64,000 bases of DNA from an uncultured Burkholderiaceae bacterium (GTDB lineage Bacteria; Pseudomonadota; Gammaproteobacteria; Burkholderiales; Burkholderiaceae_C): positions 3 through 64,002 of the forward strand of contig CAZJBX010000009.1 of NCBI GenBank assembly GCA_964544605.1, read 5' to 3'. Shown piece after piece: positions 29,013 through 40,205 of this stretch. Numbering within the stretch: the stretch's first letter is position 1; each line of letters opens with the position of its first letter. Under the pieces are notes generated by a model that saw nothing but the letters and a program-made list of their open reading frames with translations, searched no databases and was not told where the DNA came from. The position numbers were made by a program, and so were the translations under genes.

Positions 29013-30599
29013 TTATTCCCACTCAATCGTGGCAGGCGGTTTGCTGGAGATGTCGTAGGTGACGCGGCTGACGCCATCGACTTGGGTGATGATGCGGGTG
29101 GAGACGGCTTCGAGCAAATCGTAGGGCAGGTGTGCCCAGCGGGCCGTCATGAAGTCGGTGGTTTCCACCGCACGCAGGGCAATGACGAAGTCGTACACGC
29201 GTTTGCCGCCACTCACGCCCACCGATTTAACGGGCACAAACACCGCAAAGGCTTGGCTGGTGCTGTCGTACCAGCTTTTGCCATTGGCGGGGTTGCTGGT
29301 GTTGCGCAGGGCTTGAATAAAGAGGTCATCGGCCTGGCGCAGGATGTCGGCATAGGTTTTTTTCACTTCGCCCACAATGCGAACGCCCAAGCCCGGGCCG
29401 GGGAAGGGGTGGCGATAGACCATATCAGCAGGCAGGCCCAGGGCCACACCCAGCTCGCGCACCTCGTCTTTAAAGAGGTCTTTCAGGGGTTCGAGCAGTT
29501 TCAGGCCGAGCTGCTCAGGCAGGCCGCCGACATTGTGGTGGCTTTTGATGGTGGCGGTTTTTTTGCCGCCTGATTCGATGATGTCGGGGTAGATGGTGCC
29601 TTGGGCCAGCCAGCTTACGCCTTGGCTGCCGGGGCGGGCGGCTTTGAGTTTTTCGGCCTCGGCTTTGAAGACATCGACAAAGAGGCGGCCAATGATTTTG
29701 CGTTTTTGCTCAGGTTCGCTCACGCCAGCGAGTTCACCCAAAAAGAGGTTTTCCGCATCCACGCGCACAACTTTGGCTTGCAGTTTGTCGGCAAACATTT
29801 GCATGACCATGTCGCCTTCATTCAGGCGCATGAGGCCGTGATCGACAAAGACGCAGGTGAGTTGGTCGCCAATGGCGCGGTGGATGAGGGCGGCGCAGAC
29901 GGTGGAATCGACGCCACCAGACAGGCCGAGGATGACCTCTTCATCGCCCACTTGGGCTTTGATGTGGGCCACGGCTTCTTCAATATGGCGTTGCATTTGC
30001 CAGTCGGTTTGGGCGGCGCAAATCTCGCGTGCAAAGCGGGCCAAGAGGGCCGCGCCAGCGGGACTGTGGGCGCTTTCTTCAGGGTGAAATTGCAGGCCGT
30101 AGAAGTGGCGGCTGGTATCGCCCATGGCAGCCACGGCGCAGCCCTCGGCGCTGGCCAGGGTGCTAAAGCCCGCAGGCAGTTGCGCCACTTGCTCGCCCGT
30201 GGCCAGCCAAGCGGCGCTTTGCTGGGCCAAGTCTTGCAGCAGGCCAGTGGGGTTTGGCACTTGAATGTGGGCATCGACAAAACCGCTGGGGCCTTGTTGC
30301 GCCAATTGGCCGCCCAATTGCAGGGCCATGGTGTGCATACCGTAGCCGATGCCGAGCACGGGCAGGCCCAGCTCAAACACGGCTTGCGGGGCGCGGTCGC
30401 CTGCTTCGGCGGTGTCGGTGTAGCCGCCAGCCAGGATGATGCCTTTGAGCGGGCGCTCTTGCGCGTATTGGCGCAGCCAGTCCTCCGTCACATCGCTGGG
30501 ATAAACCTCGCAATACACCTGCGCTTCACGCACGCGGCGGGCGATGAGCTGGGTGAGTTGAGAGCCGAAATCAAGGATGAGGAGGGTGTCGTGTTGCAT
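29013..30599 (-). CDS. guaA: GMP synthase (glutamine-hydrolysing)
   Basis: GATase domain LILDFGSQ..; PP-loop GLSGGVDS; C-terminal ..[14 protein letters not shown] at 30599. The 5-prime extension to 30974 overlaps trpB2. Confidence 0.95.
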   Translation of the reverse strand: MQHDTLLILDFGSQLTQLIARRVREAQVYCEVYPSDVTEDWLRQYAQERPLKGIILAGGYTDTAEAGDRAPQAVFELGLPVLGIGYGMHTMALQLGGQLAQQGPSGFVDAHIQVPNPTGLLQDLAQQSAAWLATGEQVAQLPAGFSTLASAEGCAVAAMGDTSRHFYGLQFHPEESAHSPAGAALLARFAREICAAQTDWQMQRHIEEAVAHIKAQVGDEEVILGLSGGVDSTVCAALIHRAIGDQLTCVFVDHGLMRLNEGDMVMQMFADKLQAKVVRVDAENLFLGELAGVSEPEQKRKIIGRLFVDVFKAEAEKLKAARPGSQGVSWLAQGTIYPDIIESGGKKTATIKSHHNVGGLPEQLGLKLLEPLKDLFKDEVRELGVALGLPADMVYRHPFPGPGLGVRIVGEVKKTYADILRQADDLFIQALRNTSNPANGKSWYDSTSQAFAVFVPVKSVGVSGGKRVYDFVIALRAVETTDFMTARWAHLPYDLLEAVSTRIITQVDGVSRVTYDISSKPPATIEWE

Positions 30600-30679
30600 G
30601 GTGCTGGCCTTGTGGCGTAAAGAACAGGATTTTAAACGGAGGCACTTTTGTGCGGTGCAATAAATGCAGTGCTGGGGCC

Positions 30680-30708
30680 AAAAAAAGACCCCGCCGATGG
30701 GCGAGGTC
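30680..30708 (-). terminator. Rho-independent terminator downstream of the trpB2-like gene
   Basis: Minus-strand RNA GACCUCGCC-cauc-GGCGGGGUC followed by UUUUUUU. Confidence 0.75.
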
Positions 30709-30732
30709 GCTCGCTTTGTGCGTTGGCCCAAC

Positions 30733-32091
30733 TCAGCCGACTTGGGGCAGGTTTTGCAAGGCCGCTTCAATTTGCGCTTGCGGGTAGTCGTAGTCTTGCA
30801 GCTCGCCAGCGAAGTATTTGTCGTAGCTGAGCATGTCAAAGTGGCCGTGGCCTGAGAGGGTGAAGAAGATGACCTTGGGCTCGCCGCTTTCTTTGGCGGC
30901 AAGGGCCTCATCAATGGCGCCGCGCACGGCGTGGCAGGATTCGGGCGCGGGGATGATGCCTTCGGCACGGGCAAAGGTTACGCCCGCCTCAAAGGTGGCC
31001 AGTTGTGAGACCGCGCGCGCTTCAATGATGCCTTCATGCACAAGCTGGGAGACTTGCGTGGATGCGCCGTGGTAGCGCAGGCCGCCAGCGTGGATGCCTG
31101 GGGGCACAAAGTCGTGGCCCAAGGTGTATTGCTTCATCAGCGGGGTCAGGCCCACGGCATCGCCAAAGTCGTAGGCGTAGTGGCCACGGGTGAGGCTGGG
31201 GCAGGAGGCGGGCTCGATGGCCAGCAGGCGCACTTGTTTGCCAGCGGCTTTGTCGGCGACAAAGGGGAAGGCAGTGCCCGCAAAGTTGGAGCCGCCGCCA
31301 CAGCAGCCGATGACGACATCGGGGTAAACGCCTGCCATTTCAAGTTGCTTTTTCGCCTCTTGGCCAATGATGGTTTGGTGCGTGCACACATGGTTGAGCA
31401 CGGAGCCGAGGGCGTAGCTGGTGTCTTTGCGGCTGGCCGCTTCTTCCACCGCCTCAGAGATGGCGATGCCCAAGCTGCCGGGGGAGTTGGGGTCTTGGGC
31501 GAGGATTTTGCGGCCGCTTTCAGTGTGGGGGCTGGGTGAGGCGATGACTTCTGCGCCCCAAGTTTGCATCATGCTGCGGCGGAAGGGTTTTTGCTCGTAA
31601 CTGACTTTGACCATGTACACGCGTACATCCAGGCCGAACATTTGCCCTGCCAAGGCCAAAGAGGAACCCCATTGGCCCGCGCCGGTTTCAGTGGACAGGC
31701 GCTTGATGCCCGCGAGTTTGTTGTAGTAAGCCTGCGGGATGGAGCTATTGACTTTGTGTGAGCCAGCAGGGGAAACACCTTCGTATTTGTAGAAGATTTT
31801 GGCGGGTGTGCCCAAGGCGGCCTCTAGGCGGTGGGCGCGGAACATGGGCGTGGGGCGGTAGGTGCGGAAGGCGTCGCGCACGGCCTCAGGGATTTCAATC
31901 CAGCGCTGGGTCGAGACTTCTTGCTCGATGAGGCTGTCGGGGAAGATGGCGCTCAAGGCATCGGGCGTGAGGGGCTGGCCGTCTGGGCCGAGTACGGGCG
32001 CGGGCGGGCTGGGCAAATCAGCGGCGATGTTGTACCAGTGCGTGGGGATGTCGTTTTCACCCAAGAGGAATTTGGTTTGTTGGCTGTCCAT
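30733..32091 (-). CDS. TrpB-like PLP-dependent enzyme (tryptophan synthase beta, TrpB2 type)
   Basis: 452 aa, longer than TrpB1. GSHKVNS PLP-lysine motif, GGGSNFAG glycine loop, typical TrpB2 N-terminal extension. Confidence 0.85.
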   Translation of the reverse strand: MDSQQTKFLLGENDIPTHWYNIAADLPSPPAPVLGPDGQPLTPDALSAIFPDSLIEQEVSTQRWIEIPEAVRDAFRTYRPTPMFRAHRLEAALGTPAKIFYKYEGVSPAGSHKVNSSIPQAYYNKLAGIKRLSTETGAGQWGSSLALAGQMFGLDVRVYMVKVSYEQKPFRRSMMQTWGAEVIASPSPHTESGRKILAQDPNSPGSLGIAISEAVEEAASRKDTSYALGSVLNHVCTHQTIIGQEAKKQLEMAGVYPDVVIGCCGGGSNFAGTAFPFVADKAAGKQVRLLAIEPASCPSLTRGHYAYDFGDAVGLTPLMKQYTLGHDFVPPGIHAGGLRYHGASTQVSQLVHEGIIEARAVSQLATFEAGVTFARAEGIIPAPESCHAVRGAIDEALAAKESGEPKVIFFTLSGHGHFDMLSYDKYFAGELQDYDYPQAQIEAALQNLPQVG

Positions 32092-32106
32092 GCAAGTCTC
32101 CTTGTA

Positions 32107-33165
32107 TCAAGTGAATAAATCGGGTTTGCTCGGCGCGCTCAGGCCCAAATGCCGCCAAGCGGAGAGCGTGGCGATGCGGCCCCTAGGGGTGCGCTGAATA
32201 AAGCCCTGTTGAATGAGGTAAGGCTCAATCACATCTTCAATCGTGCCTGCTTCTTCGCCAATGCTGGCGGCAAGGTTGTCCAGCCCCACAGGGCCGCCGT
32301 CAAAGCGGTGGATGAGGGCTTCGAGCAGTTTGCGGTCCATGAGGTCAAAGCCCTGCGGATCGACATCGAGCATGGCCAGCGCTTGCTGCGCCATGTCTAG
32401 CGTGATTTGGCCTTGGCCTTTGACATCGGCGTAGTCACGCACGCGGCGCAGCAGGCGGTTGGCAATGCGCGGCGTGCCACGGCTGCGGCGGGCGATTTCA
32501 AAGCTGCCTGCGGCGTCGGTAGGCACATTCAGCAGGCCAGCCGAACGGGTGACGATGCGGGCCAGCTCTTCAGGCGTGTAGAACTCCAGCCGCGCCACGA
32601 TGCCAAAGCGATCGCGCAGGGGGTTGGTGAGCATACCTGCGCGGGTGGTGGCGCCGACCAAGGTGAAGGGCTGCAAATCGAGCTTGATGCTGCGCGCTGA
32701 TGGCCCCTCGCCAATCATGATGTCGATTTGGTAGTCCTCTAGTGCGGGGTAGAGGATTTCCTCCACCACGGGGCTGAGGCGGTGGATTTCATCGATGAAC
32801 AGCACATCGCCTTCTTCCAAATTCGTCAGCAGGGCGGCGAGGTCTTTGGGTTTTTCCAGCACTGGGCCACTGGTTTGGCGCAGGTTCACGCCCAGCTCTT
32901 GCGCGACGATGTGGCTGAGCGTGGTTTTGCCCAAACCAGGCGGGCCAAACAGCAGCACATGGTCAAGGGCCTCTTGGCGTTTTTTCGCTGCGCCGATGAA
33001 GATTTCGAGCTGCTCACGCACCTTCTCTTGGCCCACATAGTCGTCGAGCAGTTTGGGCCGCAGGGCGCGCTCCAAGGCTTCCTCGCGGGCGCTGGCGCTG
33101 TGCGCGGATACGGTGCGGGCGGCTGGGGCGGGGCTGGGGGCGAAATCGTCGGTTTGAATGCTCAT
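32107..33165 (-). CDS. ruvB: Holliday junction branch-migration ATPase RuvB
   Basis: Walker [16 protein letters not shown], sensor TTRAG. ATG at 33165 (MSIQTDDF..). Confidence 0.95.
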   Translation of the reverse strand: MSIQTDDFAPSPAPAARTVSAHSASAREEALERALRPKLLDDYVGQEKVREQLEIFIGAAKKRQEALDHVLLFGPPGLGKTTLSHIVAQELGVNLRQTSGPVLEKPKDLAALLTNLEEGDVLFIDEIHRLSPVVEEILYPALEDYQIDIMIGEGPSARSIKLDLQPFTLVGATTRAGMLTNPLRDRFGIVARLEFYTPEELARIVTRSAGLLNVPTDAAGSFEIARRSRGTPRIANRLLRRVRDYADVKGQGQITLDMAQQALAMLDVDPQGFDLMDRKLLEALIHRFDGGPVGLDNLAASIGEEAGTIEDVIEPYLIQQGFIQRTPRGRIATLSAWRHLGLSAPSKPDLFT

Positions 33166-33184
33166 CACGGGCGGCCTTGGCGCT

Positions 33185-33835
33185 TTAGGGGCAGGGGCTG
33201 AATTCTTGGCCCTGCAAAACGGGGCGCAGGCGCAGCAATTGCTCGCGCAGGCTTTCGTCGGCGGCCTCAATGCGCAGGTGCACGCCATCCACGGGTTCGA
33301 GCAAAGTGATGATTTGTGCCGTATTCACGCCGCGCTTTTTCAGTTGGGCCAAGCCCAAATTGGCCTGGCTTTCTTGGTCGTAATAGGCCAGCACAATGCC
33401 GTGCTGAAAACCGGGCGGCGCATCTTTGAAGTTGCTGATGCGCAGGCGGCGCAGTTCTTCTTTCTTTTTGTTCAAGGTGGCGGCATTGGGGTAGCGGCCC
33501 AAATAAATCATCCATTGGCCAGCGGTTTTCAGCTCTTGGCGCTGCCAACTGCCAGCGGGCAAATGGGCTTTGAATTGGGTCTCAATGTGCTGGGCTAGGC
33601 TGGGCTCAAGCAAGGCGCTGCTGAGGCAAACCGTGGGGTTGCTCAATTGCGCCAGATGCTGCGGTGTGGAGTTGGTAATCAGGCGCAGTTGCTGGGGATT
33701 CAGTTCCTCTTGCAAATAGGCTGAGCTGCGATGGGTTTGAGGGTCAAAACCCCAAAGCGCCAGCCAGCCGTGGCTCCAGGCCCAAAAGCCCAGATTGAGC
33801 AGCAGCAAGAGAATGAGGAAGGCGCGCAGTTTCAT
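33185..33835 (-). CDS. Membrane-anchored SPOR-like protein
   Basis: N-terminal [22 protein letters not shown]. The C-terminal ~80 aa resemble a SPOR repeat ([10 protein letters not shown]..). Located between birA and ruvB. Confidence 0.5.
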   Translation of the reverse strand: MKLRAFLILLLLLNLGFWAWSHGWLALWGFDPQTHRSSAYLQEELNPQQLRLITNSTPQHLAQLSNPTVCLSSALLEPSLAQHIETQFKAHLPAGSWQRQELKTAGQWMIYLGRYPNAATLNKKKEELRRLRISNFKDAPPGFQHGIVLAYYDQESQANLGLAQLKKRGVNTAQIITLLEPVDGVHLRIEAADESLREQLLRLRPVLQGQEFSPCP

Positions 33836-33850
33836 AGATAGAGGGCAAGT

Positions 33851-34795
33851 CTAAGCCAAGCTGGAGCGCAAAGAGATTTCGGCGCTGTAGATGGTTTCCA
33901 CGCTGCCGTCGGCATGTTGAATTTGGTAGCCACCATCAGCGGCCACGCCGAGGGCGATGGCCGCTTGCTGCGGCGTGGGGCCTTGGCGGGCGGCTTGAGC
34001 CTGCACGGGCTGGCCGCGCAAAATGTCGCGGCTTTGAAAACGCGGCGCAAAAGGTGCAAAGCCGCTGTGTTCAAACTGCAACAAGGCTTGGCAGATGGTG
34101 AATATGAGGCGGTGACACAGGGCGGGCAAATCGGCCAGTTGCGGCGCTTGGGGGCCAAAGACTTGGGCCAAATCGGCCACGGGGCTGCGCAAATCGGGGC
34201 CACTGGGGCCGCCCTCTACATTCAGGCCGACGCCAGCGACGAGCCAGCGCGGGCTGTGGCCGGTGGCCAAGGCTTGCACTGGCAGCAGGCTGGAATCAAT
34301 GGGGGTGGTTTCCAGCAGAATGCCGCCGAGTTTGGCGTATTGGCCACCGCCTTGCGGCAGGGGCAGACAGATATCATTGGGCCACTTTAAGGCGATTTCT
34401 GCGCCCAAGGTTTCCGCCACGGCGCAGCCCACGGCCAGCGAGAGGCCAGACCAATCGGGCGGCGCATAGGCCAGGCCGATAGAGAAGCTCAGGCTGCGCC
34501 AAGCGGCTTGCGCGGCGTTGGCGCTGCCGCTTTGCCATTCTCGCCCCAAGCGGCCACGGCCTGCGCTTTGGGTATCGGCCCAAAGCAGTTGCGGGTGGGT
34601 GCGCCCGGCTTGCGCTTGGCGCAGCAATTCGGAGTTGCTGGAATCGACCACAGGCAGGTGCCGCACTTCTAGGCCCGCCAGCCGCTGGGGGGCCAGCTCA
34701 AGCAGGGCGTGATGAAGTGAGGCAGACCAAGTGGCGGCGGCAGACACGGCAGCGGCCTTAGTTTTGTACTGGGTCGAGCGGGCGGCGATGCTCAA
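33851..34795 (-). CDS. birA: Biotin--[acetyl-CoA-carboxylase] ligase
   Basis: GRGRLGREWQS biotin-binding loop. No N-terminal HTH evident (class I-like). The start may lie downstream, because the ORF overlaps the surA end by 38 nt. Confidence 0.8.
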   Translation of the reverse strand: MSIAARSTQYKTKAAAVSAAATWSASLHHALLELAPQRLAGLEVRHLPVVDSSNSELLRQAQAGRTHPQLLWADTQSAGRGRLGREWQSGSANAAQAAWRSLSFSIGLAYAPPDWSGLSLAVGCAVAETLGAEIALKWPNDICLPLPQGGGQYAKLGGILLETTPIDSSLLPVQALATGHSPRWLVAGVGLNVEGGPSGPDLRSPVADLAQVFGPQAPQLADLPALCHRLIFTICQALLQFEHSGFAPFAPRFQSRDILRGQPVQAQAARQGPTPQQAAIALGVAADGGYQIQHADGSVETIYSAEISLRSSLA

Positions 34796-36140
34796 TATAG
34801 GCGCGGGCGCGGACTTCTTCGGCCCAGATTTTGTAGTTTTCCTCGCCCTTGACTTTTTTCAGGGCTTGGCGTGCCAGCTCGCGCTGCTGCAAATCGCTCA
34901 AGTCCACGCGTTGGCGGTCTTGCACTTCAATCAAGTGCACGCCGAAACGACTGACCACGGGTGCAGAAACACGGCCTGGCTCCAGGGTGTCCATCACGCT
35001 TTCAAATTCAGGCACAAATTGGCCAGGTTCGGCCCAGCCGAGGCTACCGCCTTGCTCGGCGGAACCATCTTGCGAGTAGCGGGCGGCGGCTTGTTCAAAG
35101 CTGATGCGACCCGCCACGATGTCTTGCCGCAGTTGGCTCAGTTGTGCCACCAATTGGTCTTGGCTTTGGCCCTCATCGCTGCGCAAAATGATGTGGCGCA
35201 CAGCGGTTTGCACCACGGTGTTGGCGGCGCTGGGGACGCGGCGCTCCAGCAGCTTGAGGATGTGGAAACCTGCGGGAGAGCGCACGGGCTCAGAGACTTC
35301 GCCCACTTGCAGTTGGTTGGCGACCAGCACAAAGAGGTCGGGGTATTGATCGCGCAGGCGCAAGCCCATAGCGCCGCCCATATCGCGGCTGCCGTCCGAA
35401 TGCGTTTCCGCGATTTTGGCAAAGCTGCCACGGCGGGCTTGTTGCGCCAGTTGGCGCGCTTTGGCTTGCAGGCTTTGCGCCTGGGCCACGCTGGCGTTTT
35501 CAGGCACGGCCACCAAAATCTGCGCCAAATGCAGGCGCTCGTAACTGGCATCGCCTGTCAAGCGGGCTTGTTCGGCGAGCCAGTTGTCGATTTCTTCTTC
35601 GCTGACTTTGGCGTTGTTGATGTGGTAGTCGTGGATGCGTTCGAGCAGCAACTCATCGCGCAAATCGCTGCGCAATTGCACGATGGAGACGCCATCGTTG
35701 CGCAGTTTTTGCAGCAATTGGTCTTCCGTCATATTGCTGCGCACGGCCAAATTGTGCAGGGCCGCTTGCACGCTGGCCTCGTCCACCGTCATGCCCATGT
35801 CTTTGGCATCTTGCACCATGGCGCGATCGGTGATGATTTTGTCGAGCACGGTTTGCTCCAGCTCTTGTGAGGGCGGCAGGGCTTGGCCCGCATGGAGCAG
35901 TTGTACGGAAATGCGCAGGACGCGTGAGCGCAGGTCTTGGTAAGTGATGGGCTCATCATTGACGACGACCAAAATCCAATCGCTTTTGCGCTGTTGCTTG
36001 GGATCCAGAGGTTGTGCGCTGATCAGTTGTGTCTCGCTGTGTAGTCGGGTGCTGGATGTGGCCTTGCCTTGGGCCAAGGCGCTCAGGCTCAGGGTCAAGG
36101 CCAAGGGCAATAGAGTGAGGGTGCGTGGTTGAAGGCGCAT
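34758..36140 (-). CDS. surA: Periplasmic chaperone / peptidyl-prolyl isomerase SurA
   Basis: Signal peptide, SurA N-domain, two parvulin domains (..FHILKLLE.., ..GVHLIEVQDR). Directly downstream of lptD. Confidence 0.9.
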   Translation of the reverse strand: MRLQPRTLTLLPLALTLSLSALAQGKATSSTRLHSETQLISAQPLDPKQQRKSDWILVVVNDEPITYQDLRSRVLRISVQLLHAGQALPPSQELEQTVLDKIITDRAMVQDAKDMGMTVDEASVQAALHNLAVRSNMTEDQLLQKLRNDGVSIVQLRSDLRDELLLERIHDYHINNAKVSEEEIDNWLAEQARLTGDASYERLHLAQILVAVPENASVAQAQSLQAKARQLAQQARRGSFAKIAETHSDGSRDMGGAMGLRLRDQYPDLFVLVANQLQVGEVSEPVRSPAGFHILKLLERRVPSAANTVVQTAVRHIILRSDEGQSQDQLVAQLSQLRQDIVAGRISFEQAAARYSQDGSAEQGGSLGWAEPGQFVPEFESVMDTLEPGRVSAPVVSRFGVHLIEVQDRQRVDLSDLQQRELARQALKKVKGEENYKIWAEEVRARAYIEHRRPLDPVQN

Positions 36141-36150
36141 AAGGCATCCC

Positions 36151-38556
36151 TTAGTCGAGGTCTAAAAATGGGCGGTTGCGGGTGATGTTGGGGTCGCGCA
36201 GCAATTGGTAGCGCGGCACATTCTCTTGCAGGGTTTGCAGCGGACTGGCACCGATGCGTGAGAAACCCACAAACTCTAACTGAAACAAAATGCGCTTGGA
36301 GGACTGGCTGGCGGTGTTGCTGCGGCGCTCCAACGCAAAGCGGCCAATCCAGCAGCCGCCGTCGTATTCCAAACCAATCAGGCTATCCACGGGCTTGTTC
36401 TCAGGCAGGCTGTAGTTGATGCGGCCCACGCTATACCAACGGCCAGGCCCTAGGCCCCAGCCCGCGTATTGCGCCCCACTGACGGGGGCGCTACCGCGAT
36501 TGAGCGGCCACTGCCAGCCGATGTCCAGCAGCTCGCTTTGGCCGCGTTGGTAGCGGTAGGCGGCAGACACCACATGGTAGGGGCTGGGGTGGTAGCGTCC
36601 GCCCAAAGTGGCGCGTTCCGAGCGCTCACTCTTGGGGTTGTATTGCACGATGCCGTCGGCGCTCCAGCGTTCGCTGATTTGTGCTTGTGCGCCAAACAGC
36701 ATGTCAGACAGGCGGGCTTCGTCAGCCTCGCCGCCGGGCAGCACCACGCGCTGGTCTTTGAAGCGCAGGCGCTGGGCATAGGCCAAGCGCAGCAGCTCGC
36801 CGCCCGTCTCAGGGTTCACCAAGCGCGATTGCACGCCCAAAGTCAGCAGGTTGTTATTGGCCACACGGTCTTCGCCGTTGAAGGCGTTTTCGGTGTAAAT
36901 GCTGGTGAAGTTGAAATCGTTTTGCGCACTGTCGAAATTGGGCAAATCGTTTTGCTCGCGGTAAGGCGTGTAGGTGTAGAAGGCGCGTGGCTCTAGGCTT
37001 TGCACATAATTTTTGCCAAAAAATGTGGCCTCGCGCTCAAAAATCAAACCCGCATCCAAGCTCAAAGTCGGCACGCTCAGACTGTGGTTTTTGCGGCCTG
37101 TGGGCAGGGCTTCGTCCAGCGCGTAGTGGCGCCACTGCCATTTGGCCTTGGGCACCACAAACCAACTGGGCTGGCGCAGGGCGTAGGCGACTTCTGCCTT
37201 GGCCACGGTGCGGCGGCCATTGGGCTGCAAGGTCAGGCTTTTGTCGGCCTCAAACTTGCTGTGCTCGATTTCAGTGTGGTAGCGAAAACCGCTGATGCCG
37301 CCGCCCTTCCAGCCCAAGGTGAGTGAGGGCAGGCGATCGTAAGGCGGCGTTACCACAGACTCATCAATCTGCTGGGTTTGCCATTTCAGGCTGCGAATGC
37401 GGGCGTAGCGGCCTTCGCTCTCCCAATCAAGGCGCAGCTCGCTGGGCAGGGTGCGCTCGGTGAGGGCATTCACATCTGAAAAATCGCGCCAGTAGTTGCC
37501 GTCACTCACGCGGTTCAGGCGGGCGCTCAAGTTCAGGCTGTCGCGTGGGCTCAACTGCGCGGGCAAGTCCAAGGCTTGCTGAAAATCGCCTGAAATGCCC
37601 CAGCGGTCGCGGTGGCGCAGGCGGTCATTGGGCATGATGTTGCCGCGCCATTGCAGGGCATTGCGCTCACCCAAATAGCGGAACTCCTGCCCCAAGCTCA
37701 GGCCGCGCTTGGTTTTGATGCTGGGCGTGAAAGTGGCGTCCATATGCGGCGCAATGTTCCAGTACACAGGCTGGTGGTATTCCACGCCGCTGGTGCTGTC
37801 AATGGCGATGGAAGGCGGCAGCAGGCCGCTTTTGCGTTTGTCCGTCAGGGGGAAGCTGAGAATCGGTGCAGCCAGAATCGGCACATCCATAAAGCGCAGT
37901 TGCACGCCACGGGCCAAGCCCGTTTCGTCGTCCAAATCAAAGTCCACCTTGTCGGCGCGCAGCTCCCAAGCGGGCTTGCCGTTTTTGCCCGCGCAGGCGT
38001 GGCCCTTGGGGTCTTCTGGGGTGCAAATGCAAGAGCTGTAATTGCCGCCGATTAAGGTGGCGTGCTGCTTGTCAATGAACTGGATGCGCTCAGCCTGACC
38101 GCCGCCTTGGCTGATGGCAAAGTGGTAGCTCGGCGTAGTCATATAGCCTTCGAGCGTGTCGGGGTCGATATTCACTTCATCGCCAGTGAAGACATTGCCG
38201 TCTTTCTCAATGCGCACACTGCCACGCGCCAGAGCGCGGTTGTCGCTTTGGCGGTATTCCAGCGCATCGGCCTGCACCGTCGTGCCTTCGTATTCGAGCT
38301 TGGCCGAGCCTGAGAGCACGACATTCTCACCCGTCACACCGCTGAGGGTGTCGCCCTCAAGATAGATGTTTTCTGCGGCCAAGGGCAGGGGCACATCTTG
38401 GCCCAAAAGCTGGGCGCTAGAGGGCCGCGCCACGCGTTCAGCGGTGGCATGGCTTTGCTCTTGCGCTTGCAAAGAGGCGGCCAGCAAGCTGCCAGCCAGC
38501 GCCAACGCCGACAAGCGAAACGGGGAGCGAGTGAGAGAAAAAGAAGGCCGCTGCAT
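36151..38556 (-). CDS. lptD: LPS-assembly outer-membrane protein LptD
   Basis: 801 aa. Signal peptide, OstA N-domain, large beta-barrel. Conserved lptD-surA pairing. Confidence 0.92.
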   Translation of the reverse strand: MQRPSFSLTRSPFRLSALALAGSLLAASLQAQEQSHATAERVARPSSAQLLGQDVPLPLAAENIYLEGDTLSGVTGENVVLSGSAKLEYEGTTVQADALEYRQSDNRALARGSVRIEKDGNVFTGDEVNIDPDTLEGYMTTPSYHFAISQGGGQAERIQFIDKQHATLIGGNYSSCICTPEDPKGHACAGKNGKPAWELRADKVDFDLDDETGLARGVQLRFMDVPILAAPILSFPLTDKRKSGLLPPSIAIDSTSGVEYHQPVYWNIAPHMDATFTPSIKTKRGLSLGQEFRYLGERNALQWRGNIMPNDRLRHRDRWGISGDFQQALDLPAQLSPRDSLNLSARLNRVSDGNYWRDFSDVNALTERTLPSELRLDWESEGRYARIRSLKWQTQQIDESVVTPPYDRLPSLTLGWKGGGISGFRYHTEIEHSKFEADKSLTLQPNGRRTVAKAEVAYALRQPSWFVVPKAKWQWRHYALDEALPTGRKNHSLSVPTLSLDAGLIFEREATFFGKNYVQSLEPRAFYTYTPYREQNDLPNFDSAQNDFNFTSIYTENAFNGEDRVANNNLLTLGVQSRLVNPETGGELLRLAYAQRLRFKDQRVVLPGGEADEARLSDMLFGAQAQISERWSADGIVQYNPKSERSERATLGGRYHPSPYHVVSAAYRYQRGQSELLDIGWQWPLNRGSAPVSGAQYAGWGLGPGRWYSVGRINYSLPENKPVDSLIGLEYDGGCWIGRFALERRSNTASQSSKRILFQLEFVGFSRIGASPLQTLQENVPRYQLLRDPNITRNRPFLDLD

Positions 38557-38650
38557 GGGTGGTGGGTCAAGTCAAGCTGTGGGCAGAGGGAGGCGGCGCA
38601 GCCGTTAAACTTCGCCCCATCTGCCTCTTGATGCCAATCCGCCATTATCC

Positions 38651-39724
38651 ATGACTGCCCCTGCTTCTTCTGCCGCCATCGTGTGGCCTTCTGCCCAGCG
38701 CCAAGCCGCTTTTGAAACCTGGCTGGCCGCGCTTGCCCCAGCCCAAGGGCTGAACGCCGCCAGCCTGCGTGTGGCCTCAGCCGATGCCTCGTTTCGCCGC
38801 TACTTCCGCATTGACACCCTGGCGGGAGCCAGCCGCATCATCATGGATGCGCCGCCTGAAGTGGAGAACAGTGCGCCCTTTGTGCGCATGGCCCGCTTGC
38901 TGGGTGCGGCAGGCTTGGCCGTGCCCGAAGTGCTGGACTGGGACGAGGCCCAGGGTTTTATGCTGCTGAGCGATTTGGGTGCAGACACCATGATGAGCGC
39001 CTTGAACAGCGCGCAGCCCGAGGCCGCCCTGCCCCTGTTCAAGCAGGCCATTGCCGCCTTGGTGCAAATGCAGCAGCAGGGCCAGCCTGCCAGCCTGCCG
39101 CCTTATGACGAGGCGCTGCTGCGCCGCGAGTTGCAGCTTTTCCCTGATTGGTATGTGCAGCAGCACAAAGGCATTGCCTTGAGCGAGGCCGAGAGCGCCA
39201 CCTTGCAGCAGGCTTTTGAGCGCATCGTGGCCGAAGTGCTGCAAGCGCCCACTGTGCTGGTGCACCGTGACTTCATGCCGCGCAACCTCATGCTGCCCGT
39301 GCAAGCAGGCGGCCCGCTGGGTGTGCTGGACTTCCAAGATGCGGTGCATGGCCCCATCACTTACGACATCGCCAGCCTCATGCGCGATGCCTTTATCAGT
39401 TGGCCTGAGGATTTTGTGATTGATGTGACCGTGCGCTACTGGCAAGCAGCACGCGCGGCGGGCCTGCCCGTGCCCGAGGACTTTGGCGAATTTTGGCGTG
39501 CGGTGGAATGGATGGGCTTGCAGCGCCACCTGAAAGTGGCGGGGATTTTTGCCCGCCTCACCCTGCGTGATGGCAAAGAAAAGTATTTGGCCGATGCGCC
39601 ACGCTTCATCCACTACATCCGCCACACTTGCGCACGCTATATCGAGTTGAAACCTTTGCTGCGCCTCATCGACCGCATTGAAGGCATAGAAGAAGCCAAT
39701 GCCTATTCTTTTGGGCGTTTGTAA
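38651..39724 (+). CDS. amgK: Aminoglycoside-phosphotransferase-fold kinase, AmgK-like (anomeric MurNAc/GlcNAc kinase)
   Basis: APH fold motifs DASFRRYFRI, HRDFMPRNLM, DFQDA. Divergent from lptD, as amgK is in other proteobacteria. Confidence 0.6.
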   Translation: MTAPASSAAIVWPSAQRQAAFETWLAALAPAQGLNAASLRVASADASFRRYFRIDTLAGASRIIMDAPPEVENSAPFVRMARLLGAAGLAVPEVLDWDEAQGFMLLSDLGADTMMSALNSAQPEAALPLFKQAIAALVQMQQQGQPASLPPYDEALLRRELQLFPDWYVQQHKGIALSEAESATLQQAFERIVAEVLQAPTVLVHRDFMPRNLMLPVQAGGPLGVLDFQDAVHGPITYDIASLMRDAFISWPEDFVIDVTVRYWQAARAAGLPVPEDFGEFWRAVEWMGLQRHLKVAGIFARLTLRDGKEKYLADAPRFIHYIRHTCARYIELKPLLRLIDRIEGIEEANAYSFGRL

Positions 39725-39751
39725 ACCCAACCCACCCAATAGGAGAGCCCC

Positions 39752-40168
39752 ATGAACACCCCCAACCCAGCCCAATTGGCCCTAGGCCCGCGTCGCCTGA
39801 GTGTGATGAAGCACAGCTTCCAAGTGGCGGCCCTGCCCGCCTTTGTGCTGGGGGCGCTGACGGCGGCTGTGCCGCGTTTGTGGAGCTTGATTGGCTTGGA
39901 TGTGGGCGCTAACGGCGTGGTCGCCATGCTGTATTCCTGCGTGCTCATGGCCGTGGGGGTGTGGTCTTTCCTTGGCGCGCGCCGCCCTGAGGCCCACACT
40001 GGCTTGTGGCTGTTTATGGGGGTTTACAAGGGTTTGGCCTTTGTCGTGCTGAGCCTGCATTTTTGGGCCGCAGGCACGGGGCCGCTGGCGGGCTGGGCCA
40101 TTGCGGGCATTTATTTGTTTTTGAGCATCTATAGCCTGCTGCTCTACCCTTGGCGGCAGGCCCTGTAA
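39752..40168 (+). CDS. Small integral membrane protein (4 predicted TM helices)
   Basis: 138 aa and hydrophobic throughout. No motif recognised. Confidence 0.5.
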   Translation: MNTPNPAQLALGPRRLSVMKHSFQVAALPAFVLGALTAAVPRLWSLIGLDVGANGVVAMLYSCVLMAVGVWSFLGARRPEAHTGLWLFMGVYKGLAFVVLSLHFWAAGTGPLAGWAIAGIYLFLSIYSLLLYPWRQAL

Positions 40169-40205
40169 AGCGGCCACGGGCGAAGCAATCGGCGGGGGAT
40201 TTGCC

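Noticed and set aside
29013-30974. N-terminal extensions of the longest ORFs in the track (guaA to 30974, gabD to 26624, ruvB to 33288, DUF445 from 41369, lipoprotein to 59557, DTW gene to 62085, tatA to 58689, mreB from 48783).
   Set aside because: The extensions overlap neighbouring genes and have Pro/Arg/Ser/Cys-rich non-protein-like composition. Conserved N-termini begin at internal ATG/GTG/TTG codons with plausible SD sequences, so the shorter coordinates were reported.
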